Shown here one piece after another: positions 51,067-59,334 of a stretch of DNA of 64,000 bases. The notes under the pieces were generated by a model. That model did not search any database. It saw nothing but the letters and a program-made list of their open reading frames with translations, and was not told the origin of the DNA. Both the position numbers and the translations under genes were made by a program. Every line of letters starts with the position of its first letter. The stretch's first letter is position 1. Source of the stretch: a bacterium (lineage in GTDB: Bacteria > Elusimicrobiota > Elusimicrobia > UBA1565 > UBA9628); NCBI GenBank assembly GCA_021799485.1, contig JAJZAK010000009.1:2850-66849 (forward strand). The letters are read 5' to 3'.

Positions 51067-52815
51067 ATGGAGAACGCGGCAGAGCGTAATCGCGGCGCCG
51101 TTCCCGCCGTCCATGGGCTTCTCGAGCATTTGGAACGGGAAGGTGTCCGGCATATCTTCGGAATTCCCGGAGGCCCCGTCATCGGCCTTTACGACGCCCT
51201 CTATGACCGCGGCGTCATCGCGCCGGTTCTCGCCAAGCACGAGGAAGGCGCGGCGTTCATGGCGGACGGCTACGCGAGAATCTCCGGCGGCATCGGCGTC
51301 TGCTGCACGACGGCCGGCCCGGGCGCGACGAACGCCCTGACGGGCGTCGCGGTGGCTTACGCCGACCACAGCCCCGTGCTTATCCTGACGGCGCAGGTGC
51401 CGATCCGGCATTTCGGCAAGGGCGCTTTCCAAGAATCAAGTCCCGAAGCCGTTGATGTCGTCGAGCTCTATCGCCCCGTCACGAAGTGGAGCACGATGAT
51501 CCATCATCCCGAGGCGACGGGCCCGGTGATCCGCAAAGCCCTGCGCCTGATGACGAGCGGACGGCCCGGGCCCGTTCATATCAACCTTCCTTGCGACGTC
51601 ATGACGCAGATGGTCGCGCGGGACTTGTTCCCCCCGGAAACGCGCGGCTCTCGCGCCCGAACCTTCGACCGTCTCTCGGTCAAGGAAGCCGCATCGTGGC
51701 TTTTGTCCGCGAACCGTCCGGCGCTGCTCGCGGGCCATGGCGTCAACCTCGCCCAGGCTTGGGGGCCCTTAAGAGGGCTCGCCGAGAGCTTCGGCATCCC
51801 CGTCGCGACGACCTTCAAGGCCAAGGGAGCTCTCGCCGAGGACCACCCTCTTTCCCTCGGCGTCTTCGGCTATTCGGGTTCGGCCTTGGCCCGGGACTAT
51901 CTCCTGGACGAGGCGGACGCCATTCTCGTCGCGGGAACGAGCCTCGGCGAGGCGTCCAGCTGCGGTTGGGACGTCCGGCTTGGCAAGAAAAAGGCGCTCC
52001 TTCAAATCGACGTTGATCCAGGCGCGATCGGAAGGAACTTTCCCGTCACGGTCGGGCTCGTCGGCGACGCGGGGGCCGTCTTGACGGAGATCCGATTCGA
52101 GATGGAACGGGTCTTGCGGAAAAACCCGCTGGAATTTAAGCCGCGGCACCATGAATTCATCCGCCCGGCGAAGCTCCCGACGGACGATTCAGAGGACAAG
52201 GCTGGGTTGGGGCCCTTGGGATCCCGGCGTATCCTCGGGGAGCTTCGCCGGGCTCTCCCGCGGGACGCGGCCCTCTTTGTCGACAATGGGACGATCCGGA
52301 CCTGGTCCGGGGCCCATTTCCCCGTTCTGCGGGAGAATTCCTTCTTCGTCAATATGGGATTGGCCGGGATGGGCTTCGCGGTCGCCGCGAGCATCGGCGG
52401 GAAGCTCTCGGCGCCGGGCCGCGTCGTCGCCGCGTTGGTGGGCGACGCCGCCTTCGCCATGAACGGCATGGAAATACACACGGCGGTCGAGCACCGCGTG
52501 CCTGTCGTCTGGATCGTCATCAACAACGGCGGCCACGGCATGATTTACCATGGAGAGCGAATGCTCTATGGAAAAAAGTTCAAAAGCTCCGTGTTTGCTG
52601 GAAGGCTTAAAATCGCCGATATCGCCCGCGCGATGGGAGCCTCCGCGTTTCGAGTCGATCATCCCGGCGAAATGGCGGGCGCCCTGCGGCGGGCCTTCCG
52701 CGTGGGAGGGCCCTGCGTCGTCGACGTCGCCGCCGATCTTCACGAGGTCCCGCCGATGGGAGCGCGGGTCGCGAACGTCGGGCGAGCCCTCGCGGGCGTC
52801 CCGGCCTCCGCATGA
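51067..52815 (+). CDS. Thiamine-pyrophosphate-dependent enzyme (acetolactate synthase large subunit / benzoylformate decarboxylase family)
   Basis: N-terminal Pyr domain (GIPGGPVIGLYDAL), central domain, C-terminal PP domain with GDAAFAMNGMEIHTA...NNGGHGMI TPP-binding motif. Confidence 0.85.
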   Translation: MENAAERNRGAVPAVHGLLEHLEREGVRHIFGIPGGPVIGLYDALYDRGVIAPVLAKHEEGAAFMADGYARISGGIGVCCTTAGPGATNALTGVAVAYADHSPVLILTAQVPIRHFGKGAFQESSPEAVDVVELYRPVTKWSTMIHHPEATGPVIRKALRLMTSGRPGPVHINLPCDVMTQMVARDLFPPETRGSRARTFDRLSVKEAASWLLSANRPALLAGHGVNLAQAWGPLRGLAESFGIPVATTFKAKGALAEDHPLSLGVFGYSGSALARDYLLDEADAILVAGTSLGEASSCGWDVRLGKKKALLQIDVDPGAIGRNFPVTVGLVGDAGAVLTEIRFEMERVLRKNPLEFKPRHHEFIRPAKLPTDDSEDKAGLGPLGSRRILGELRRALPRDAALFVDNGTIRTWSGAHFPVLRENSFFVNMGLAGMGFAVAASIGGKLSAPGRVVAALVGDAAFAMNGMEIHTAVEHRVPVVWIVINNGGHGMIYHGERMLYGKKFKSSVFAGRLKIADIARAMGASAFRVDHPGEMAGALRRAFRVGGPCVVDVAADLHEVPPMGARVANVGRALAGVPASA

Positions 52816-53828
52816 GCCGCGTCGCGCTTGTCGAGGAGCACAACAAGCTTCTCAACGCCGCTCTGGCCTACCGCGACTCCAAGCCGCTCCTTGTCGCCCT
52901 GGACTGCGACCTTTTCAGCTGGATCGATCGAGGGCGGACAAGCGCCCACGCCCTGGGCCGCGCCCTAAAGCTGGATCCGCGGGCCGTCGGGATCGTCCTG
53001 GACGCGGTGGCGGCGCTCGGCTTCCTCGACAAACGGGACGGCCAGTACGCCAACACCCCGCTTTCGAGGAGGCTGCTCGTTTCCACAAGCCCTCATTACC
53101 GGGGCGCCAACATGAGATACCAGAACAGGATGTGGGAGGCTTGGTCGGACTTGAAGGGCGTCCTTCGCCGGGGGCGGCCGCGGCGCGCCCTCGTCGATTG
53201 GATCGCGAAGAATGCCTTCACGCCGGACTACGTCAGGGCGATGGGCGACGTCGCCTGGACTCCAGCGCGGGACCTGGCCTCCCGGCTCGATCTGGAAGGC
53301 GTCGAGAGGATTCTTGACGTGGGTTGCGGTCCCGGCGTCTACAGCCGGGCCCTGGTGGAGCGCGAGCCGGCGATCGAAGCGACGCTGCTCGATTATCCCA
53401 AGACGCTCCGCGTGGCTCGGGGGCTCCTCAAGGCTCATCCGCATGCGCGCCGGTTTCGGTTCAAGCCCGCCGATTTCCTGCGAGACGATCTGGGCCGGGG
53501 GGCCTATGACTTGGCGCTTTTGTCGAACGTCACGCATATGGAGAGCCCGGCCAACAACGAACGGCTCGTTGAGAAGGCGGTGCGGGCGCTCAAGCCCGGC
53601 GGGCGACTCGTGATCCACGACTATATCCGCGACCCTGGCGGACGGGGCTCGAAATTCGTCGCTATGTTGGCGGTCCATCTCCTTGTTTTCACGGGACGCG
53701 GAAACGTCTATACTCTCCAGGACTATGTCCGCTGGATGCGGCGATCCGGGCTCCGGGAGATCGGCCACAAGCGCGTCGCGCTCGACACGATCTACCCCTC
53801 GACGGCCGTCATCGGCCGCAAGCCTTAG
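52812..53828 (+). CDS. Class I SAM-dependent O-methyltransferase (family 2, with N-terminal dimerisation/wHTH domain)
   Basis: ILDVGCGPGVYS SAM motif I, DLALLSNVTHM, LKPGGRLVIHDY; ATGA coupling to TPP enzyme. Confidence 0.8.
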   Translation: MSRVALVEEHNKLLNAALAYRDSKPLLVALDCDLFSWIDRGRTSAHALGRALKLDPRAVGIVLDAVAALGFLDKRDGQYANTPLSRRLLVSTSPHYRGANMRYQNRMWEAWSDLKGVLRRGRPRRALVDWIAKNAFTPDYVRAMGDVAWTPARDLASRLDLEGVERILDVGCGPGVYSRALVEREPAIEATLLDYPKTLRVARGLLKAHPHARRFRFKPADFLRDDLGRGAYDLALLSNVTHMESPANNERLVEKAVRALKPGGRLVIHDYIRDPGGRGSKFVAMLAVHLLVFTGRGNVYTLQDYVRWMRRSGLREIGHKRVALDTIYPSTAVIGRKP

Positions 53829-55296
53829 CCTCCTCGTCCTGTTTTCGGCCTCCGCGTCCGCGTCTTCCCCCGCGGCTCCACAACGCATTCTCAAGATCTC
53901 CGACGACGTCGTCGAACCGATCAGCCTCGACCCTCTCAGGGAATTCTCCGAGAAGTACTACACGATCATCCAGCAGATTTTCGACAGCCTCGTTCGATTT
54001 GATCCCGACGGCCGCCTGGAGCCAGATCTCGCGACGAGTTGGCGGTGGGTCGATGATAAGACGCTGGAATTCAAGCTGCGCCGCGGGGTGCGATTCCATG
54101 ACGGGGAGCCCTTTGACGCGGAGGCCGTCCGCGTCACGATCAAGAAGTTCATCGACCCCCAATCGGCCTTCCCCGGCGCGGGGATGCTTGACTCGATCGC
54201 GGGCGCCGAAGTCGTCGACCCACTGACGATCCGCATTAAGACGAAATACCCGGACGGCATCCTTCTCCACCGTTTGGCGGGACTCGTCCCGATCCTGCCT
54301 CCGCGTTATTTGGCCGGAAAGGGGAGGCGCTATTTCGGCCGGCATCCCGTCGGGACCGGCGCTTTCCGATTTGTCTCCTGGGAGCCGGGCAAAGCCATTC
54401 ATCTTGGGGCCAACAGGGACTATTGGCGTCAGGGCTTCCCCAAAGCTGACGGGCTCGCTTTTTTGTTCCTTCCGACAGCCGAGCAAATCGCCGGCCTTTT
54501 GGATGGGCGGGTGGATATCGTCACGGAGCTTCCCGGGACGGCAACCATGGCGGTGGTGAAAAGCGGCCGCGCGAAGATCGTGAAGAAGGGGGTTTTCTAC
54601 ACCGTCGCGGGAAGCGTCAACGTGAGTTCGAGCGTTCTTTCCGACGTTCGAGTGCGGCGCGCCATCAACTACGCGATCAATCGAGCCGATCTGATCCGCT
54701 ATGACCTTCTCGGCAACGGCGTGGCGTTGCCTTCCTTGACGATGAAGGGGGAGATCGGCCACGATCCGGCTTTGACGCCCTACCCCTATGATCCGGCCGA
54801 GGCGCGACGGCTTCTTCGAGAAGCCGGCTACCCTCGGGGGCTGACGCTCAAGGGAGTCGTCAAGGTTCAAGGCGAGAGGACCATGCGGATCATCGCGCGC
54901 CAATTGGAGCGGGTTGGCATTCGTCTTGTGACGACGAAAACGACGGATGCCACCGTCATCCGCGACATCCAGCGGGGCGGCTGGGATTTCACCTTCGGGG
55001 GTTGCCCGGATCCATTGGCGCACTCCTTCTTCATTCAGTTTATTTTTTTATCGTCTTACTCTCCCTACAGCATCCATAAAAGCGCCGTCTTTGACCGCCT
55101 GATGGCGGAGATGACGTCGACGCTCGATCCGTCGGGGCAGGATCGTGCCGGCCGGAAATTGGACCGCTACGTCCATGACCAAGCCTTGAGCCTGTTTACC
55201 TACCAGCGCATCAAGACATATGGCGTGGCAAAGGACATTCATTTCGTCGCCTACAAAACCGGCATGCCGTACTTTTATTTAAGTTCCATCGAATGA
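53725..55296 (+). CDS. ABC transporter substrate-binding protein, family 5 (peptide/nickel/opine type)
   Basis: SBP_bac_5 features (ATSWRWVDDKTLEFKLRRGVRFHDGEPFDA, PVGTGAFRFVSWEPG); only available ATG starts overlap the OMT gene by >100 nt; RR + hydrophobic + ASA suggests Tat/Sec signal. Confidence 0.7.
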   Translation: MSAGCGDPGSGRSATSASRSTRSTPRRPSSAASLSLLVLFSASASASSPAAPQRILKISDDVVEPISLDPLREFSEKYYTIIQQIFDSLVRFDPDGRLEPDLATSWRWVDDKTLEFKLRRGVRFHDGEPFDAEAVRVTIKKFIDPQSAFPGAGMLDSIAGAEVVDPLTIRIKTKYPDGILLHRLAGLVPILPPRYLAGKGRRYFGRHPVGTGAFRFVSWEPGKAIHLGANRDYWRQGFPKADGLAFLFLPTAEQIAGLLDGRVDIVTELPGTATMAVVKSGRAKIVKKGVFYTVAGSVNVSSSVLSDVRVRRAINYAINRADLIRYDLLGNGVALPSLTMKGEIGHDPALTPYPYDPAEARRLLREAGYPRGLTLKGVVKVQGERTMRIIARQLERVGIRLVTTKTTDATVIRDIQRGGWDFTFGGCPDPLAHSFFIQFIFLSSYSPYSIHKSAVFDRLMAEMTSTLDPSGQDRAGRKLDRYVHDQALSLFTYQRIKTYGVAKDIHFVAYKTGMPYFYLSSIE

Positions 55297-55664
55297 AGCC
55301 GAAACCGGCATCCGCGCGCTTCGGCCGATGGGGCGCGGGGGTCTCTCGGCCCATCGGAACGCTGCTGGTCGACAGCGTCGCCGCGGAGACCGGCCGCAGG
55401 AGCTTTTCAATTTTTAGGATCACGATGAAGCCGCGAGCGAGCCATCCGGCCATATGGCATGCCCGCACCTCGGAATTCTTTCTCGTGACGAGGGGGGCCT
55501 TGCTTGCCGTCATCAATGGGCGGCCCCGGCGGATGCGGAAGGGAGACGGCGCGCATCTTGCGCCTGGAGCCGTGCATGAATTCCGGGCGGGTCCGTCTGG
55601 TTGCGAGGTGATGTCCGTCTTCGTTCCCGCCCTCAATTTACGCAAGCCGGATATCAGGCGATAG
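55293..55664 (+). CDS. Cupin-domain protein
   Basis: HPAIWHARTSEFFLVTRGAL...GDGAHLAPGAVHEF two-His cupin motifs; ATGA coupling to SBP stop. Confidence 0.6.
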   Translation: MKPKPASARFGRWGAGVSRPIGTLLVDSVAAETGRRSFSIFRITMKPRASHPAIWHARTSEFFLVTRGALLAVINGRPRRMRKGDGAHLAPGAVHEFRAGPSGCEVMSVFVPALNLRKPDIRR

Positions 55665-55668
55665 TTTC

Positions 55669-57834
55669 GTGCCCAAGACCCTGCGCTGGCGGCTGATTCT
55701 CGCCATCGTCCCCGTGGTGATCGCGGGCATCGTCGTGGTCGTCGGAGCGCAGTACTATTTAAGCCGCAGCCAAATTTTGGCGGGCATCAACCAGGAAATC
55801 CAGAACCGCGCGGCGCGCACGGCGGCCGCCGTCGACAGCCTGCTCCGCCAGCGCCGCAATGATCTTCTGACCCTGTCGGACTCTCCGCTTATCTCCGATT
55901 ACCATCACAGCGAGGATTACGGCCTGAAGGCCGAGGCCGAGTCCTATCGCCGGGAGCTGGAGATGTATCTGCTGCAATTTGCAAGGCGTTCCGCCGTCTA
56001 CGACGCCATTTTGTTCGCGAATGCTCGCGGCCGCGCCGTCTGCCGCATCGAGCAGGAAAAAGCCTTGCCGCCCGGGGAGGCGCTGGGCTCGGCTGGTTTC
56101 TTCGTCGCGGCTCGCCGTCTGCCGTCCGGCGCCGCATGGGTTTCCGGGCCGGAGCGCCTGCCGGACGGGCACCCCGTCCTCTATTTCGCCGCGCCGCTTC
56201 GCGACGAGGCGAAAAATTTCGAGGGGGTGCTCGCGCTCGCCTACGACTTAGGCCCCGTCTCGGCGCTCTTGAAAGCGAGCTATCTGGGAAACGGGGGGCA
56301 GGCTTGGCTCCAGATGGGGCGCCAGGCGTTCCCAGGCCCGCCAAGCGGGCCTGGGCGGCCGGCGCTTGTGGCGTCCGTCCCGTTAAAAGCGATGCCATGG
56401 ACGGTCATGGCCATGGCGCCCCGAGCCGAGTTCCTGCGCCCGCTCAAGCGCGTTCGCGATTTCGGAATCGCCATCGGCGTCGCGGCCGCCGCAATCGTGG
56501 TCCTGGTGATTCTGCTGTTTTGTTGTTCCAATACCCGGCCCCTTGCCGCTCTCGCCGAGGCCGCGCGGGAGATCGGGAGGGGGCGGCTCGACCGCCGCGT
56601 CGTCTTGGCCGATGGAGGAGAGATGGGAGCTCTTGCCGGGGCCTTCAACGAGATGGCGCGGAACCTCGAGGATAACCGGAAGTCCGGCGCCCTCCTGCGG
56701 GCCCAGCTCATCCAATCGGAGAAACTCTCCGCGGTCGGGCAGTTGATATCGAGCGTCGCCCATGAACTCAACAACCCCCTCGCGGCCGTCTGCGGGTACG
56801 TCCAAATCATCTTTACACAGAATCCCCCGGAATCGTTGCGCGAGGACCTGCGCCGCGTCCATCACAGCGCCCTGCGCTGCCGCAAGGCCGTGGAAAACCT
56901 TCTCTTTTTCGTGCGCCGCAGCGGCGGCGAAAAGTCGCGCGTGGATGTGAACGCCGCCGTCCGAGCGGCCCTCGATCTCCTCGAATACCGTCTCAAAAAG
57001 ACCGAGGACGTCGCCGTGGACCTCGACCTGGCATCCTCCATGGGGGAGATTGGAGCGGATTTTCAGCAGATCGTGCAGGTTCTGGTCAATTTAATCAACA
57101 ATGCCTGCGACGCCATGGAAGGCGCGCCGCCCCGCCAGGAGGGCAAGCGCATCGCCGTTCGCACCCGTCAGGACGCGGAGAAGACGGAAATCTTGGTTGA
57201 GGACAATGGTCCCGGGGTCCCGGAGGCGGTTCGGGCGAGCGTGTTCGAGCCATTTTTCACGACGAAAGAGCCGGGGCGGGGGACGGGTCTCGGACTCTCG
57301 ATCTGCCGGCAGATCGCCGAGGAGCATGGAGGAACGATCAGCTTTTCGAATCTCGAGAAAGGAGGGGCCTCGTTCCGCCTTCTCCTGCCGCGGTCGTCGC
57401 CGGAAGACTTGGCCGCCTTGAAGCCCGTGGCTGACGCGCAGGAGAGCTTGCCGCCGGTCCCCGGCCGCCGGGTCCTCGTGGTTGAAGACGAGAAGGACAT
57501 CGCCCAGATCATCGCGAGATTCCTGCACGACGAGGGGGATATCGCGGACATCGTCGAGCCGCCCGAGGCCCTGCGGATCGCGACCTCGAGGCCTTACGAC
57601 CTGATCATCAGCGACTTCGAGATGGAAAAGACCAAGGGGCCGGACCTGTACGAAGCCTTGATCGAGCGCGATCCTGGATGGTCCTCGAAGTTCCTCTTTG
57701 TCACCGGGGATATTCTCAACCCGCGTGTTTTAGAGTTCCTGCGGAAAACAGAGGCGGCCTGCCTCGCCAAGCCTTTCGATTTGGAGGACCTTAGGCGAAC
57801 GGTGCGCCGGTTGCTTTCTCGCCGCCGGACGTAG
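55669..57834 (+). CDS. Hybrid sensor histidine kinase (2 TM, periplasmic sensor, HAMP, HisKA, HATPase_c, C-terminal REC); GTG start
   Basis: H-box VAHELNNPLAAV, N/G boxes (NLINNACDAM, DNGPGVP, GTGLGLSIC), REC VLVVEDEKD...LIISDFEM...FVTGD. Confidence 0.85.
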   Translation: MPKTLRWRLILAIVPVVIAGIVVVVGAQYYLSRSQILAGINQEIQNRAARTAAAVDSLLRQRRNDLLTLSDSPLISDYHHSEDYGLKAEAESYRRELEMYLLQFARRSAVYDAILFANARGRAVCRIEQEKALPPGEALGSAGFFVAARRLPSGAAWVSGPERLPDGHPVLYFAAPLRDEAKNFEGVLALAYDLGPVSALLKASYLGNGGQAWLQMGRQAFPGPPSGPGRPALVASVPLKAMPWTVMAMAPRAEFLRPLKRVRDFGIAIGVAAAAIVVLVILLFCCSNTRPLAALAEAAREIGRGRLDRRVVLADGGEMGALAGAFNEMARNLEDNRKSGALLRAQLIQSEKLSAVGQLISSVAHELNNPLAAVCGYVQIIFTQNPPESLREDLRRVHHSALRCRKAVENLLFFVRRSGGEKSRVDVNAAVRAALDLLEYRLKKTEDVAVDLDLASSMGEIGADFQQIVQVLVNLINNACDAMEGAPPRQEGKRIAVRTRQDAEKTEILVEDNGPGVPEAVRASVFEPFFTTKEPGRGTGLGLSICRQIAEEHGGTISFSNLEKGGASFRLLLPRSSPEDLAALKPVADAQESLPPVPGRRVLVVEDEKDIAQIIARFLHDEGDIADIVEPPEALRIATSRPYDLIISDFEMEKTKGPDLYEALIERDPGWSSKFLFVTGDILNPRVLEFLRKTEAACLAKPFDLEDLRRTVRRLLSRRRT

Positions 57835-58684
57835 GCGCTTTCACGCCCCTGCTCATCACGAATTCATAGGGGATATCGAATCCCGTCGGCGTCATATACG
57901 CGGCCGCCTTGGCCAGGACGTCCTCCTTGAGCGCCTGCCGCTTCGCCGGTTCGAGGCTTTGGATCAAGACGCCCGTGCGGCCCGCTCCGGAGGCCATCGT
58001 CTCCCAATAGGCTTCCGGGGACTCGAAGCGGAATTTTCCCGAGAGCCGCCGGGACTCGACGCGCGCGAGACCCGCCTGAGAAAGGGCGTTCTCCAGGATT
58101 CCCGGCGGGCCGAAGTCGTAGATCGTGGGGGCGCCTGGGATCTTGAGCTCGGGGACATGCTTGATCATGGTCTTGTTGAGAAGACTCGTGAACAGCATCT
58201 TGTCCGCTTCCCCTTGGACGAGGCAGGAGACTCGTCCTCCAGCCTTGGCGACCCGCGCCATTTCGCCTAGAGCGAGCTTCGGCAGGGCGAAAAGCATGAG
58301 GCCCAGCTGGCAGATGACGGCGTCAAAGGAACCGTCGGGGAATTCCAGCCTCTGGGCATCCATGCGCCGCCAAACGATCGGCGCCGAACCGGCCTGCCGC
58401 GTCCGGGCCGAGGCGATGGAGAGCATTTTCTCCGCGAAATCGACGGCGTCGACCGTCCCCTGGGGCCCAACGGCCGCGGCGGCGCGGAGGCTCGCGGCGC
58501 CGGGGCCGCAGGCGACGTCAAGGACCTTTTCTCCCGGCCGGATGCCGGAGAACTCGATGAATCCATCGGTGACGGCTCTAAAGAGGAGCCGGCTGAGGTG
58601 GTCGTAATGTTGCGCGGCTTCGTTCCAAATGTCTGCTGACATCTGGTCGAAAACCTTGGGATCGAAAAAGGACATTTTCTCCAT
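57791..58684 (-). CDS. Class I SAM-dependent methyltransferase (UbiE/COQ5-like)
   Basis: VLDVACGPG motif I, FDAVICQLGLM, AKAGGRVSCLV. Confidence 0.8.
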   Translation of the reverse strand: MEKMSFFDPKVFDQMSADIWNEAAQHYDHLSRLLFRAVTDGFIEFSGIRPGEKVLDVACGPGAASLRAAAAVGPQGTVDAVDFAEKMLSIASARTRQAGSAPIVWRRMDAQRLEFPDGSFDAVICQLGLMLFALPKLALGEMARVAKAGGRVSCLVQGEADKMLFTSLLNKTMIKHVPELKIPGAPTIYDFGPPGILENALSQAGLARVESRRLSGKFRFESPEAYWETMASGAGRTGVLIQSLEPAKRQALKEDVLAKAAAYMTPTGFDIPYEFVMSRGVKAPTSGGEKATGAPFA

Positions 58685-58762
58685 AGCACACTATACCACT
58701 ATCGTCGGCGAGGCGGGGAAGGCAGATGTTCGACTTGGGGCTCTGACTTCGGTATACTTGAG

Positions 58763-59290
58763 ATGAAGGTTTCCCCTCGACTTATGCCCGACGAAAAGCC
58801 AGAGAAGGCCGGTCACCCGGCATTTAAGCCGGTCAAGGAATTCGGCAGGATTCAAATCTCTCCCACCACGGAACTCGTCTTCTACGCGGACGTCTATCGT
58901 GGGCATTCCTACGTCTCGATACGGACTTTTCTTAAAAGCGGCGAATATACCGGGCCGACGAAGGCGGGCGTGACGCTGACCGCCGAGATCGTCGTCGGCA
59001 TGATCAAAGCCATCGAAGCCCTGCCGCCGGACGGAAACGCCGCCCCGGAGAAAGAGCTTGCGCGCTACACCCGCAGGGTCGGAGTCGATCTCGTGCTGCG
59101 CGTGGCGCGGTTCAGGGATTCCATCGGCATCGACCTGAGGGAGTGGATCGAAGACGCCAGCTACAAGGGTTGGTCCAAAAAGGGAGTCCGCATCCCCTAC
59201 GGCGAGGCGCCGAGGGCCGTCGAGTGCCTCAAGGCGATGAGGACGTTCCTGGCCGAATCGCCGAAATCCGAAGCGAAGCCCGAATCGTGA
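58763..59290 (+). CDS. Hypothetical protein with internal tandem duplication (possible tandem PC4/YdbC-like ssDNA-binding folds)
   Basis: Two ~55-aa segments with shared pattern (hydrophobic-R-x-IxIR ... Y.G.TK.GV.L); 175 aa. Confidence 0.4.
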   Translation: MKVSPRLMPDEKPEKAGHPAFKPVKEFGRIQISPTTELVFYADVYRGHSYVSIRTFLKSGEYTGPTKAGVTLTAEIVVGMIKAIEALPPDGNAAPEKELARYTRRVGVDLVLRVARFRDSIGIDLREWIEDASYKGWSKKGVRIPYGEAPRAVECLKAMRTFLAESPKSEAKPES

Positions 59291-59334
59291 AGCCCCCGTC
59301 CCAAGGGAGGCGCGGCCCTTCAAACGCGCCTATC

